From assembly GCF_041248615.1 (NCBI RefSeq), contig NZ_CP158426.1: 64,000 nucleotides of DNA; one strand, 5' to 3'. Position 1 is the first letter of the stretch; every line of letters starts with the position of its first letter. Source of the DNA: Escherichia coli. GTDB lineage: Bacteria; Pseudomonadota; Gammaproteobacteria; Enterobacterales; Enterobacteriaceae. A program made the position numbers and the translations under genes. Of the stretch, positions 32,415 to 44,508 are shown one piece after another. The notes beneath the pieces were generated by a model. It saw only the letters and a list, made by a program, of their open reading frames with translations, was not told the origin of the DNA and did not search any database.

Positions 32415-33809
32415 TTAATCGTGAGCGCCGATTTCGCGCAGTTTACGACCTTTCATCAGATTACGTTCAATATGTTCCAGCGAAACGTGTTTGGTTTCCG
32501 GTACCAGCCACAATGTCAGCAGGATAAACAGTACGTTCAGAGCAGCATACACCCAGAAGGTGTTGGCGTTACCCAGCGTGTTGAGCATGGTCAGGAACGT
32601 TGCGCCAACGATCATGTTGGCAATCCAGTTGGTGGCAGTGGAGCAGGTGATGCCAAAATCGCGGCCTTTCAGCGGCTGAATTTCGGAGCACAGTACCCAA
32701 ATCAGCGGACCGGCACTCATGGCAAAACCGACAATAAACATCAGCAGCATGGCGATGGCGAAATACTGCGCCGACGGAGAGTGGATACCGATATGCATCA
32801 TTGTACCGAGTACGCCCATACCAGCAGCCATCACCAGGAAGCCCAGCGTTAGCGTTGGTTTACGTCCCCAGCGGTCAACAAGGCCGATTGCGATAAAGGT
32901 GGCAAGTACGTTGGTCAGGCCGACAATCACTGTCCCCCACATTTGCTCGGTGGTGTTGGTATAACCCGCCAGTTCGAAGATTTTCGGCGCGTAATACATG
33001 ATGACGTTCATCCCGGTGAATTGCTGCATTACCTGCAATAGTACGCCAAGGAACACCGCGCGGCGGAAGTTGCTATTCTCTTTAAACAGCGCCCAGCCAC
33101 TCTGTTTAACCTGCAAACTTTCACGGATTTCATCCAGTTCGCGTTTCGCTTCCGCGCTGGTGTCACGCAGGCGTAGCAGCACGCGTTCGGCATCAACAAA
33201 ACGGCGTTTGGCGGCAAACCAACGTGGGCTGTCTGGCAGGAAGAAGACACCAATCAGCAGCAAAATTGCCGGGATGATAATCACACCCAGCATCCAGCGC
33301 CATGCACCGGTGTAGCTGAAGGCGGTATCAGAAAGATAAGCGCCGAGGATCCCGATAGTGATCATCAACTGATACATCGAGATCATACTGCCGCGAATTT
33401 TTTCCGGCGCAATTTCAGAGAGGTACAGCGGTGCGGTATAAGAGGCCACACCCACTGCCAGCCCCAGCAAAACGCGGGAAAGAATCAGTACTTCAACGTT
33501 TGGCGCAGCAGCAGAGAACAGTGAACCGGCAACAAACAAGATTGCGCCGATCATCAGGCTCTTTTTGCGCCCGAGTTTAAAGGAGAGCCAGCCGCTGCCC
33601 ACCGCACCGACTGCCGCACCGAACATCATGGAGCTTACGACCCATTCTTGCGTGTGCGAAGTAATCTGGAATTCATCTGCAATAAACGGCAGTGCGCCAG
33701 CAATTACACCGATATCCAGGCCAAAGAGTAATCCCGCCAGAGCGGCAAGGAAGCAGACGAAAAACGTCATTGCCTTGTTTGACCGCCCCTGTTTTTTAGC
33801 GTCAGGCAT
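32415..33809 (-). CDS. galP: galactose:H+ symporter
   Basis: Start at [18 protein letters not shown] (464 aa); major facilitator sugar-porter motifs. Confidence 0.95.
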   Translation of the reverse strand: MPDAKKQGRSNKAMTFFVCFLAALAGLLFGLDIGVIAGALPFIADEFQITSHTQEWVVSSMMFGAAVGAVGSGWLSFKLGRKKSLMIGAILFVAGSLFSAAAPNVEVLILSRVLLGLAVGVASYTAPLYLSEIAPEKIRGSMISMYQLMITIGILGAYLSDTAFSYTGAWRWMLGVIIIPAILLLIGVFFLPDSPRWFAAKRRFVDAERVLLRLRDTSAEAKRELDEIRESLQVKQSGWALFKENSNFRRAVFLGVLLQVMQQFTGMNVIMYYAPKIFELAGYTNTTEQMWGTVIVGLTNVLATFIAIGLVDRWGRKPTLTLGFLVMAAGMGVLGTMMHIGIHSPSAQYFAIAMLLMFIVGFAMSAGPLIWVLCSEIQPLKGRDFGITCSTATNWIANMIVGATFLTMLNTLGNANTFWVYAALNVLFILLTLWLVPETKHVSLEHIERNLMKGRKLREIGAHD

Positions 33810-34189
33810 GATGCCCTCCAATATGGTTATTTTTTATTGTGAATTAAGATAGGTGAGTACGACGTAAAAAGATGTGAAGCAAATCACATCAGTGTAATCG
33901 CTTACACTAACATTTATCTTAGTTATGATTTAAGTGCATGAAAATAATTGAGTTATATCATCATAGATTAAACGCTGTTATCTGCAATTAAGACTTTACT
34001 GAAAAGAAATGTAACAACTGTGAAAACCGAATAATAATATGAAAATATTACAAATCTTTGTCTGGTGTGGTTGGTGTAATCGGTTTCAGTAGCGATGATA
34101 ATTTGCGGTAAAACGTGTTCAGGAAGAATGATGTTATTGTGCGGGCAGCTTTTTGCCGGATGCCGCGTGAACGCCTATCCACCGCGGTG

Positions 34190-34222
34190 AGGTAAAAGAA
34201 AAAGGCCAGCGCGAGGCTGGCC
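34190..34222 (-). terminator. metK intrinsic terminator
   Basis: GGCCAGC-GCGAG-GCTGGCC hairpin followed on the minus strand by a T-run. Confidence 0.5.
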
Positions 34223-34244
34223 TTTGAAAGCAGGTGAAGAAAGA

Positions 34245-35399
34245 TTACTTCAGACCGGCAGCATCGCGCAGCAGCTGCGCTTTGTCGGTTTTTTCCCACG
34301 GGAAATGTTCGCGACCAAAGTGACCGTATGCTGCGGTTTCTTTGTAGATCGGGTGCAGCAGATCCAGCATCTGAATCAGACCGTATGGACGCAGGTCAAA
34401 GAACTCACGTACCAGCAGAGTCAGTTGTTCAGAAGGCACTTTCTCGGTACCGAAAGTTTCCACCATGATAGAGGTCGGTTCAGCCACGCCGATTGCGTAG
34501 GAAACCTGAATTTCACAACGATCGGCCAGGCCAGCAGCAACGATGTTTTTCGCGACATAACGTGCTGCGTACGCTGCGGAACGGTCCACTTTTGATGGAT
34601 CTTTACCAGAGAATGCACCACCACCGTGACGTGCCATGCCGCCGTAGGTATCAACGATAATTTTACGACCAGTCAGACCGCAGTCACCCATCGGGCCACC
34701 GATAACAAAACGACCGGTCGGGTTGATGAAGAATTTGGTGGCAGAAGTCAGCCATTCAGCCGGCAGAATCGGCTTGATGATCTCTTCCATTACCGCTTCT
34801 TGCAGCGATTTCTGGTCGATTTCTTCAGAGTGCTGAGTGGAAAGCACGACAGCATCGATACCAACGATTTTGCCGTCGTCATACTGGAAAGTCACCTGGC
34901 TTTTCGCGTCCGGGCGCAGCCACGGCAGAGTGCCGTTTTTACGCACTTCAGCCTGACGCTGTACCAGACGGTGTGCATAGGTGATAGGCGCTGGCATCAG
35001 CACGTCGGTTTCATTGGTTGCGTAGCCAAACATCAGACCCTGGTCACCCGCGCCCTGTTCCAGCGGATCGGCACGGTCAACGCCCTGGTTGATGTCAGGA
35101 GACTGTTTGCCGATAGCGCTCAGAACCGCACAGGAGTTAGCGTCAAAGCCCATGTCGGAATGTACATAGCCAATTTCGCGAACGGTGTTACGGGTGATCT
35201 CTTCGATGTCTACCCAGGCGCTGGTGGTGATTTCGCCGCCAACTAAAACCATGCCGGTTTTTACGTAGGTTTCGCAAGCAACGCGTGCTTTCGGATCCTG
35301 TTCGAGGATCGCGTCTAAAACGGCATCAGAGATTTGGTCAGCAATTTTGTCAGGATGCCCTTCAGAGACGGACTCGGACGTAAAAAGGTGTTTTGCCAT
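34245..35399 (-). CDS. metK: S-adenosylmethionine synthetase
   Basis: Start at [18 protein letters not shown] (384 aa). Confidence 0.95.
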
Positions 35400-35702
35400 A
35401 TTTAATATCACCTAAAGAGAATTTGGTTAGCTCAAACTGTTGTGTGGATTTTCTGTGGTAGCGGATCCTACCACGACTCTGCAGGTTAAAAACACTGGCA
35501 GTCTGAGTGTTAATCGGTATGGATGGATTAACATCTGGATGGCTATTTTAGGTCAGTTCTTCACCCAATTTCCACTTTTTTTTGAATCGTGTCTCATTCT
35601 GTTAAAAACGTGGCTGGAAATTTTTCCTGACAATGCTGGCATTCTGCGTATTTATCTTTTGCAATTTTCTGCCATTGTGGGGTATAAAACGCGGCGCGCG
35701 GC

Positions 35703-35918
35703 TTAAATAAAAAGCACACGACGTTTCTTTCGTGTTGCCACTTCCAGCCGGGTTGAAATCAGAGTTTTGGCTTGTGGGTTCGTCTTAACAGGCGGCCGTG
35801 GAGGTGATACGAAATAATGAACCGTTGTCTGCTGCTTAACCTGTCTCACCGTTCTGGTGAAGATTCGTTCCCCGCACTCTGCATCTCTGCTTTGCATACC
35901 TGCCGATGTTATACCCAT
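35703..35918 (-). CDS. yqgC: small ORF matching K-12 yqgC in position and length (71 aa); doubtful gene
   Basis: 71-aa ORF in the metK-speA divergent region; coding status uncertain. Confidence 0.3.
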
Positions 35919-36053
35919 CTCGGCGCTTCTCAGGATTCAAGAGCTGGTTACAGTTACTGAGGACTGAACAAGGGCGCTCTTGTAAAAACAAGAGTTTTCT
36001 CGTGGTTTCGCCGAACTGTCACACTTACGTTCGGTTATGTGCTTAATAATGTT

Positions 36054-36185
36054 ATGAAAAAGAAACCGGTTGCGCAGTTGGAGCGTCAGCATTCACTGCT
36101 GGAAAATCCATGTGCTTATGGGTTGTTATCGCAGTTCCAGGCTGCGATAGTCGTTAACTGTTTTACACTTAATAAAATAATTTGA
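36054..36185 (+). CDS. yqgB: small protein YqgB (43 aa)
   Basis: [43 protein letters not shown] immediately upstream of speA, as in K-12. Confidence 0.6.
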
Positions 36186-36193
36186 GGTTCGCT

Positions 36194-38170
36194 ATGTCTG
36201 ACGACATGTCTATGGGTTTGCCTTCGTCAGCGGGCGAACACGGTGTACTACGCTCCATGCAGGAGGTTGCAATGAGCTCCCAGGAAGCCAGCAAGATGCT
36301 GCGTACTTACAATATTGCCTGGTGGGGCAATAACTACTATGACGTTAACGAGCTGGGCCACATTAGCGTGTGCCCGGACCCGGACGTCCCGGAAGCTCGC
36401 GTCGATCTCGCGCAGTTAGTGAAAACTCGTGAAGCACAGGGCCAGCGTCTGCCTGCACTGTTCTGTTTCCCACAGATCCTGCAGCACCGTTTGCGTTCCA
36501 TTAACGCCGCGTTCAAACGAGCGCGGGAATCCTACGGCTATAACGGCGATTACTTCCTCGTTTATCCGATCAAAGTTAACCAGCACCGCCGCGTGATTGA
36601 GTCCCTGATTCATTCGGGCGAACCGCTGGGCCTGGAGGCCGGTTCCAAAGCGGAGTTGATGGCGGTGCTGGCACATGCTGGCATGACCCGTAGCGTCATC
36701 GTCTGCAACGGTTATAAGGACCGCGAATATATCCGCCTGGCATTAATTGGCGAGAAGATGGGCCACAAGGTCTATCTGGTCATTGAGAAGATGTCAGAAA
36801 TTGCCATTGTGCTGGATGAAGCAGAACGTCTGAATGTCGTTCCTCGTCTGGGCGTGCGTGCACGTCTGGCTTCGCAGGGCTCGGGTAAATGGCAGTCCTC
36901 TGGCGGGGAAAAATCGAAGTTCGGCCTGGCGGCGACTCAGGTACTGCAACTGGTTGAAACGCTGCGTGAAGCCGGGCGTCTCGACAGCCTGCAACTGCTG
37001 CACTTCCACCTCGGTTCGCAGATGGCGAATATTCGCGATATCGCGACAGGCGTTCGTGAATCCGCGCGTTTCTATGTTGAGCTGCACAAGCTGGGCGTCA
37101 ATATTCAGTGCTTCGACGTCGGCGGCGGTCTGGGCGTGGACTATGAAGGCACCCGTTCGCAGTCCGACTGTTCGGTGAACTACGGCCTCAATGAATACGC
37201 CAACAACATCATCTGGGCGATTGGTGATGCGTGTGAAGAAAATGGTCTGCCGCATCCGACGGTAATCACCGAATCGGGTCGTGCGGTGACTGCGCATCAC
37301 ACCGTGCTGGTGTCGAATATCATCGGCGTGGAACGTAACGAATACACGGTGCCGACCGCGCCTGCAGAAGACGCACCGCGCGCCCTGCAAAGCATGTGGG
37401 AAACCTGGCAGGAGATGCACGAACCGGGAACTCGCCGTTCTCTGCGTGAATGGTTACACGACAGCCAGATGGATCTGCACGATATTCATATCGGCTACTC
37501 TTCCGGCACCTTTAGCCTGCAAGAACGCGCATGGGCTGAGCAGCTTTATTTGAGCATGTGCCATGAAGTGCAAAAGCAGCTGGATCCGCAAAACCGTGCT
37601 CATCGTCCGATTATCGACGAGCTGCAGGAACGTATGGCGGACAAAATGTACGTCAACTTCTCGCTGTTCCAGTCGATGCCGGATGCGTGGGGGATCGACC
37701 AGTTGTTCCCGGTTCTGCCGCTGGAAGGGCTGGATCAAGTGCCGGAACGCCGCGCTGTGCTGCTGGATATTACCTGTGACTCTGACGGTGCTATTGATCA
37801 CTATATTGATGGTGATGGTATTGCCACGACAATGCCAATGCCGGAGTACGATCCAGAGAATCCGCCGATGCTCGGTTTCTTCATGGTCGGCGCATATCAG
37901 GAGATCCTCGGCAACATGCACAACCTGTTCGGTGATACCGAAGCGGTTGACGTGTTCGTCTTCCCTGACGGCAGCGTAGAAGTAGAACTGTCTGACGAAG
38001 GCGATACCGTGGCGGATATGCTGCAATATGTACAGCTCGATCCGAAAACGTTGTTAACCCAGTTCCGTGATCAAGTGAAGAAAACCGATCTTGATGCTGA
38101 ACTGCAACAACAGTTCCTTGAAGAGTTCGAGGCAGGTTTGTACGGTTATACCTATCTTGAAGATGAATAA
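36194..38170 (+). CDS. speA: biosynthetic arginine decarboxylase
   Basis: Start at [17 protein letters not shown] (658 aa). Confidence 0.95.
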
Positions 38171-38187
38171 TTAAGATTATTCCGCTG

Positions 38188-38228
38188 GCGGGTCGATTTA
38201 TTTACGTAAATCGGCCCGCTTTCTTTTT
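38188..38228 (+). terminator. putative intrinsic terminator after speA
   Basis: Imperfect long hairpin GCGGGTCGATTTA...TAAATCGGCCCGC followed by TTTCTTTTT. Confidence 0.45.
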
Positions 38229-38315
38229 ATATATTCTTAAAAATAATTTAGCTGCTTTTCTTATTAAATAATCCCCCTACAATCGCTGCATTAATTAAAT
38301 ACAGAGGGAACGGTT

Positions 38316-39047
38316 ATGAAAAAATGGAAAGTACGTAGCGCGTTGATAGCATTAGTCGTGCTGCTGGCCGGTTGTTCCAGTAATGCGCAGTATAATAGCA
38401 GTACATCGGGCAATGTCGGCACCGCCTGGGGTGGGGATGTGCACTCATCGGTTCAGGGCGTATCTGCTGAGCGAGCCTGGCGCGATCCGGCAGAGATGAT
38501 CGTTATTAGTTATTCGACTACTGTTCCTTCGGGCTACGACCGCGTTTATAGCATTCGTATTAACGAACTGGAATATGCTATTCGCGATGGTAATTTTAAT
38601 TCTCTACCTATTACGCGGGTTTATGATTCATCCAATAATGAACCACGCTATATTGTCCATGCCAGAATCGGAATGAATTATCAATTATATATCCGTAATT
38701 ACAGTCGTAACACCAACTACGAGATCGTTGCTACGGTTGATGGCCTGGATGTGCTGAACGGCAAGCAAGGTTCGCTGAATAACAATGGCTATATTGTGAA
38801 TGCCGGAGATTCGTTAGCGATTAAAGGATTCCGCAAAGATAAACATACCGAAGCGGCTTTTCAGTTCGCCAACGTTGCTGATTCCTACGCAGCCAATTCG
38901 GCGCAAGGCGATGTGCGTAATACCGGTGTAATCGGCTTTGCCGCCTTTGAATTACAAGGCACGGCGCAAAACGCGCTGCCACCGTGCTCTGGACAAGCGT
39001 TTCCGGCGGACAACAATGGCTATGCGCCGCCACCGTGTCGGAAATAG
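38316..39047 (+). CDS. hypothetical lipoprotein (243 aa), not in K-12 at this position
   Basis: Signal peptide with lipobox LLAGCSS; sits in an enlarged speA-speB spacer; C-terminal PPC...PPPC motif. Confidence 0.6.
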   Translation: MKKWKVRSALIALVVLLAGCSSNAQYNSSTSGNVGTAWGGDVHSSVQGVSAERAWRDPAEMIVISYSTTVPSGYDRVYSIRINELEYAIRDGNFNSLPITRVYDSSNNEPRYIVHARIGMNYQLYIRNYSRNTNYEIVATVDGLDVLNGKQGSLNNNGYIVNAGDSLAIKGFRKDKHTEAAFQFANVADSYAANSAQGDVRNTGVIGFAAFELQGTAQNALPPCSGQAFPADNNGYAPPPCRK

Positions 39048-39182
39048 TAACCTCGCTTGATGCCTCGCCCATTTAAGGCGATAATTAGCACAAAATTGTG
39101 TTTCGCAAATCCAACCCTTCCTCGTCGGGCCTAACGACGCGGAAGGGTTTTTTTATATCGACTTTGTAATAGGAGTCCATCC

Positions 39183-40103
39183 ATGAGCACCTTAGGTCAT
39201 CAATACGATAACTCACTGGTTTCCAACGCCTTTGGTTTTTTACGCCTGCCGATGAACTTCCAGCCGTATGACAGCGATGCTGACTGGGTAATTACCGGCG
39301 TGCCGTTCGATATGGCCACTTCTGGTCGTGCGGGTGGACGCCACGGTCCGGCGGCGATCCGTCAGGTTTCGACGAATCTGGCCTGGGAACACAACCGCTT
39401 CCCGTGGAATTTCGACATGCGCGAGCGTCTGAACGTGGTGGACTGCGGCGATCTGGTGTATGCCTTCGGCGATGCTCGTGAGATGAGCGAGAAGCTGCAG
39501 GCGCATGCCGAAAAGCTGCTGGCTGCCGGTAAGCGTATGCTCTCCTTCGGTGGTGACCACTTTGTTACCCTGCCGCTGCTGCGTGCTCATGCGAAGCATT
39601 TCGGCAAAATGGCGCTGGTACACTTTGACGCCCACACCGATACCTATGCGAACGGTTGTGAATTTGACCACGGCACCATGTTCTATACCGCGCCGAAAGA
39701 AGGTCTGATCGACCCGAATCACTCCGTACAGATTGGTATTCGTACCGAGTTTGATAAAGACAACGGCTTTACCGTACTGGACGCCTGCCAGGTGAACGAT
39801 CGCGGCGTGGATGACGTTATCGCCCAAGTGAAACAGATTGTGGGTGATATGCCGGTTTACCTGACCTTTGATATCGACTGCCTGGATCCTGCTTTCGCGC
39901 CGGGAACCGGTACGCCAGTAATTGGCGGCCTGACCTCCGATCGCGCTATTAAACTGGTACGCGGCCTGAAAGATCTCAACATTGTTGGGATGGACGTAGT
40001 GGAAGTGGCTCCGGCATACGATCAGTCGGAAATCACCGCTCTGGCTGCGGCGACGCTGGCGCTGGAAATGCTGTATATCCAGGCGGCGAAAAAGGGCGAG
40101 TAA
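39183..40103 (+). CDS. speB: agmatinase
   Basis: 306-aa [32 protein letters not shown]... Confidence 0.95.
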   Translation: MSTLGHQYDNSLVSNAFGFLRLPMNFQPYDSDADWVITGVPFDMATSGRAGGRHGPAAIRQVSTNLAWEHNRFPWNFDMRERLNVVDCGDLVYAFGDAREMSEKLQAHAEKLLAAGKRMLSFGGDHFVTLPLLRAHAKHFGKMALVHFDAHTDTYANGCEFDHGTMFYTAPKEGLIDPNHSVQIGIRTEFDKDNGFTVLDACQVNDRGVDDVIAQVKQIVGDMPVYLTFDIDCLDPAFAPGTGTPVIGGLTSDRAIKLVRGLKDLNIVGMDVVEVAPAYDQSEITALAAATLALEMLYIQAAKKGE

Positions 40104-40150
40104 GCGCCGGATAAGATGCGTTATGCGTCAAATCCGGCGTAATAAAATGC

Positions 40151-40909
40151 TTACTTAACTCCATCCGCGCTCATACGATCGCGAATATGCTGGGCGCGTT
40201 CGGCGGATGCTGGATGGTCGTCAAACATTGAGCTTTGACGGCCTTCTTCCAGCTTCGCCAGTTTTTCAAAGCTGGTGGCAAGACCTGCCGGGCTGATGCC
40301 GCGTTGGCGCAGAAGATCGTAAGAATAATCATCGGCTTCTGCTTCCTGGCGCTGGGAGAATTGCGAATTAACTAATTTCTCGCCCAGATCACCGAGTTGT
40401 GATTGAGATAAACTGCCGACAATCCCGCCCGCAGAGGCCGCAGCTACTCGTACGGCATTTGTACCAAGTGCCACCTGCATCCCTTTTTTCACATGGCCCA
40501 ACGCTACGTGCCCCATCTCGTGACCGATCACCGCTTCGACTTCGTTATCTGTCATCATATCCATCAGCCCGCTATAGACGCGGATACAGCCGTTAGCCAT
40601 TGCAAAGGCGTTCACATCCTTCGCCATATACACTTTGTAATTCACCGGCTGACCGTTGATATTGTTGCCTAGCGCATTGGCAATAGTTGTCAGACGTTTA
40701 GCGTATTCGCTATTGGCTGGCGCAATCGTCGCCTTGCTGTCCATCTCCTGACATGCCTGATCGCTCAGGGTTTTCACCTGCGCATCACTCAAACTGTAAG
40801 CCTGAAAAGCTTCCGCTCCTGATGAGAGCAGTCCGTTGGCGTCCATATTCTGGCAACCGCTCAGTACCGTTGCCACGCTCATTGCTACCAATAAGGCGCG
40901 AATTTTCAT
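40151..40909 (-). CDS. loiP: M48-family metalloprotease lipoprotein
   Basis: Start at MKIRALLVAMSVATVLSGCQ (252 aa); HEMGH zinc motif. Confidence 0.9.
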   Translation of the reverse strand: MKIRALLVAMSVATVLSGCQNMDANGLLSSGAEAFQAYSLSDAQVKTLSDQACQEMDSKATIAPANSEYAKRLTTIANALGNNINGQPVNYKVYMAKDVNAFAMANGCIRVYSGLMDMMTDNEVEAVIGHEMGHVALGHVKKGMQVALGTNAVRVAAASAGGIVGSLSQSQLGDLGEKLVNSQFSQRQEAEADDYSYDLLRQRGISPAGLATSFEKLAKLEEGRQSSMFDDHPASAERAQHIRDRMSADGVK

Positions 40910-41186
40910 GTTTTCTCTTCCGCACAAGGTCAGGATTATTCTAAAAATGCGCCGTTTGCAGGTGAATCGACGCTCAGTCTCAGTATAAGGAAAAGCGCAG
41001 CGGACGGGCGAGCAGATTGCGCAACATGCGAGCATGATCCAGAGATTTCTGAAGCGGCAAAAGGATGTTCCATGTACATGACGCGCGGCTTGCGGTAAAT
41101 TGTTGGCAAATTTTCCGGCGTAGCCCAAAACGCGCTGTCGTCAAGTCGTTAAGGGCGTGCCCTTCATCATCCGATCTGGAGTCAAA

Positions 41187-43178
41187 ATGTCCTCACGTAA
41201 AGAGCTTGCCAATGCTATTCGTGCGCTGAGCATGGACGCAGTACAGAAAGCCAAATCCGGTCACCCGGGTGCCCCTATGGGTATGGCTGACATTGCCGAA
41301 GTCCTGTGGCGTGATTTCCTGAAACACAACCCGCAGAATCCGTCCTGGGCTGACCGTGACCGCTTCGTGCTGTCCAACGGCCACGGCTCCATGCTGATCT
41401 ACAGCCTGCTGCACCTCACCGGTTACGATCTGCCGATGGAAGAACTGAAAAACTTCCGTCAGCTGCACTCTAAAACTCCGGGCCACCCGGAAGTAGGTTA
41501 TACCGCTGGTGTGGAAACCACCACCGGTCCGCTGGGTCAGGGTATTGCCAACGCAGTCGGTATGGCGATTGCAGAAAAAACGCTGGCGGCGCAGTTTAAC
41601 CGTCCGGGCCACGACATTGTCGACCACTACACCTACGCCTTCATGGGTGACGGCTGCATGATGGAAGGCATCTCCCACGAAGTTTGCTCTCTGGCGGGTA
41701 CGCTGAAGCTGGGTAAACTGATTGCGTTCTACGATGACAACGGTATCTCTATCGATGGTCACGTTGAAGGCTGGTTCACCGACGACACCGCAATGCGTTT
41801 CGAAGCTTACGGCTGGCACGTTATTCGCGACATCGACGGTCATGACGCGGCATCCATCAAACGCGCAGTAGAAGAAGCGCGCGCAGTGACTGACAAACCG
41901 TCCCTGCTGATGTGCAAAACCATCATCGGTTTCGGTTCCCCGAACAAAGCCGGTACCCACGACTCCCACGGTGCGCCACTGGGCGACGCTGAAATTGCCC
42001 TGACCCGCGAACAGCTGGGCTGGAAATATGCACCGTTCGAAATCCCGTCTGAAATCTATGCTCAGTGGGATGCGAAAGAAGCAGGCCAGGCGAAAGAATC
42101 CGCATGGAACGAGAAATTCGCTGCTTACGCGAAAGCTTATCCGCAGGAAGCCGCTGAATTTACCCGCCGTATGAAAGGCGAAATGCCGTCTGACTTCGAC
42201 GCCAAAGCGAAAGAGTTCATCGCTAAACTGCAGGCTAACCCGGCGAAAATCGCCAGCCGTAAAGCGTCTCAGAATGCGATTGAAGCGTTCGGCCCGCTGT
42301 TGCCGGAATTCCTCGGCGGCTCTGCTGACCTGGCACCGTCTAACCTGACCCTGTGGTCTGGTTCTAAAGCAATCAACGAAGATGCTGCGGGTAACTACAT
42401 CCACTACGGTGTTCGCGAGTTCGGTATGACCGCGATTGCTAACGGTATCTCCCTGCACGGTGGCTTCCTGCCGTACACCTCCACCTTCCTGATGTTCGTG
42501 GAATACGCACGTAACGCCGTACGTATGGCTGCGCTGATGAAACAGCGTCAGGTGATGGTTTACACCCACGACTCCATCGGTCTGGGCGAAGATGGCCCGA
42601 CTCACCAGCCGGTTGAGCAGGTCGCTTCACTGCGCGTGACCCCGAACATGTCTACATGGCGTCCGTGTGACCAGGTTGAATCTGCAGTGGCATGGAAATA
42701 CGGCGTTGAGCGTCAGGACGGCCCGACTGCGCTTATCCTCTCCCGTCAGAACCTGGCGCAGCAGGAACGTACTGAAGAGCAGCTGGCAAACATCGCGCGC
42801 GGTGGTTATGTGCTGAAAGACTGTGCCGGTCAGCCGGAACTGATCTTCATCGCGACCGGTTCTGAAGTTGAACTGGCGGTTGCTGCCTACGAAAAACTGA
42901 CTGCTGAAGGCGTGAAAGCGCGCGTGGTTTCCATGCCGTCTACCGACGCGTTCGACAAGCAGGATGCGGCTTACCGTGAGTCTGTACTGCCGAAAGCGGT
43001 TACTGCACGCGTTGCGGTGGAAGCGGGTATTGCTGACTACTGGTACAAGTATGTTGGCCTGAACGGTGCTATCGTCGGCATGACCACCTTCGGTGAATCT
43101 GCTCCGGCAGAGCTGCTGTTTGAAGAGTTCGGCTTCACCGTTGACAACGTTGTTGCGAAAGCAAAAGAACTGCTGTAA
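41187..43178 (+). CDS. tktA: transketolase 1
   Basis: Start at [28 protein letters not shown] (663 aa). Confidence 0.95.
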   Translation: MSSRKELANAIRALSMDAVQKAKSGHPGAPMGMADIAEVLWRDFLKHNPQNPSWADRDRFVLSNGHGSMLIYSLLHLTGYDLPMEELKNFRQLHSKTPGHPEVGYTAGVETTTGPLGQGIANAVGMAIAEKTLAAQFNRPGHDIVDHYTYAFMGDGCMMEGISHEVCSLAGTLKLGKLIAFYDDNGISIDGHVEGWFTDDTAMRFEAYGWHVIRDIDGHDAASIKRAVEEARAVTDKPSLLMCKTIIGFGSPNKAGTHDSHGAPLGDAEIALTREQLGWKYAPFEIPSEIYAQWDAKEAGQAKESAWNEKFAAYAKAYPQEAAEFTRRMKGEMPSDFDAKAKEFIAKLQANPAKIASRKASQNAIEAFGPLLPEFLGGSADLAPSNLTLWSGSKAINEDAAGNYIHYGVREFGMTAIANGISLHGGFLPYTSTFLMFVEYARNAVRMAALMKQRQVMVYTHDSIGLGEDGPTHQPVEQVASLRVTPNMSTWRPCDQVESAVAWKYGVERQDGPTALILSRQNLAQQERTEEQLANIARGGYVLKDCAGQPELIFIATGSEVELAVAAYEKLTAEGVKARVVSMPSTDAFDKQDAAYRESVLPKAVTARVAVEAGIADYWYKYVGLNGAIVGMTTFGESAPAELLFEEFGFTVDNVVAKAKELL

Positions 43179-43200
43179 TCGGTAAGATGCTTTGTGAGAA

Positions 43201-43225
43201 GGGCCGCGAAAGCGGCCCTTTTTTT
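43201..43225 (+). terminator. tktA intrinsic terminator
   Basis: GGGCCGC-GAAA-GCGGCCC hairpin followed by TTTTTTT. Confidence 0.6.
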
Positions 43226-44132
43226 ACTTAGTAGAGATAAACGGAACTGTGCTGCCGGGGATCATGGTATCGGGCAGTTTACCGTCCCAACGTTCGGCAG
43301 TGGTGAGGGCTACAAGTCCGGGATTATCCCGCAGAGCTTCACCGCGCAGGCGGATCGCTTCTGCTTCAGCCGCACTTTTTAAACGAATAGTTTCAGCCTC
43401 TGCCGCGCCTCTTACGCGAATAGTTTCCGCTTCTGCTTTAGCTGCCGCCAGTTTACTGTCTGCTTCTGCCTGGGCCTGAGTTACCGCTATTTGCGCCTGG
43501 ATTTTCTCTGTTTCCAGATTTTGCTTACGCGTGGCAATGGCGACTTCTGCTTTCATTCGGTCTTCAATCGACTTTTCATAAGCGTCAGAAAAATCAATAT
43601 TTTCAATCTGGACCCCGTCAATTACCACTGGCCCAACAACGGCTTTGCGCATGGCATTTTGCAGATCCTGAACCAGTTTTGTACGATCCTGTACCGCGCT
43701 GATGGCGGTATATTGGCCGAAAACGTTCTCCAGTTGAGTTGGCAACTGACGGACAATCAGACGATCTTTTAATGCTTCAATGGTGTTGTAGGTGGTATAA
43801 ACCGCGCCTGCTTCTGAAGGTTTAATGTGGAAGCTGACTGATACTGTCATTTGTGCCGGTTGCTGGTCGCGGCTGTAGGCCTGTAATCCCTGATAGACCA
43901 CAGCCTGATTACGCGTGGAAATTTTCTCCACGCTTTCCATAAACGGGATCTTAAAACCCAGACCCGGCTCGGCAACTTTTACGATTTTTCCGTAGCGCAG
44001 CAAAATGCCGCGTTCACCTTCATTAACGGTGTAATACGAGAGAAATGGCAGCACAACCACGGCAAGCACGCCAATGGCGATAGCAAGAGATTTTTGTGGG
44101 CGAAATGAGGTTAATGAAACAGGTGCTTTCAT
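43224..44132 (-). CDS. SPFH/band-7 (prohibitin-like) membrane protein, not in K-12 at this position
   Basis: Start at MKAPVSL with AAGGAAG upstream (302 aa); N-terminal TM helix, SPFH-like core, Ala/Glu-rich repeats at the C-terminus. Confidence 0.7.
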   Translation of the reverse strand: MKAPVSLTSFRPQKSLAIAIGVLAVVVLPFLSYYTVNEGERGILLRYGKIVKVAEPGLGFKIPFMESVEKISTRNQAVVYQGLQAYSRDQQPAQMTVSVSFHIKPSEAGAVYTTYNTIEALKDRLIVRQLPTQLENVFGQYTAISAVQDRTKLVQDLQNAMRKAVVGPVVIDGVQIENIDFSDAYEKSIEDRMKAEVAIATRKQNLETEKIQAQIAVTQAQAEADSKLAAAKAEAETIRVRGAAEAETIRLKSAAEAEAIRLRGEALRDNPGLVALTTAERWDGKLPDTMIPGSTVPFISTK

Positions 44133-44508
44133 ATGAATCTTCCTTGAGTAAAGTGGGGAATATGTCACATGAGGTAAGGAGAAAATAGCCGACAGGTGAG
44201 AATTCAGAATCTATAAAGGGGTATAGCGAAAAAACGTTGCATTAAAAAAGTATGTTTTCGGATATTCAATAAATAAATGGCGATATGCATCACAAATACA
44301 ATAACAAACAAAATGTTGATTTTGTGATAAACATAACAAATACAAAGTTGACTTTAAAAATATCAATTTCATATTGTTGTTATTTAAGGTTTTATTATTT
44401 TGGTTTATGGGGTTTTTCTTCTCGCGTACCCAATTGCTTTCATTAAACCGCACGAGTATTTTATTTTTACCGCCGGACGGTACCCTAAAAATAAAATAAG
44501 GATAATTT

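Noticed and set aside
34048-34299. 83-aa minus-strand ORF downstream of metK (same length as K-12 yqgD)
   Set aside because: Overlaps the metK stop and terminator hairpin; position does not fit K-12 yqgD, so it is judged spurious.
35440-35706. 88-aa plus-strand ORF between metK and speA
   Set aside because: No recognisable start context; lies over the metK promoter region.
41193-42605. 470-aa antisense ORF inside tktA, and similar long antisense ORFs in ansB (21549..22466), fbaA (52499..53473), speA and pgk
   Set aside because: Antisense open frames are common opposite highly expressed, codon-biased genes; no start signals and full overlap with well-supported genes.
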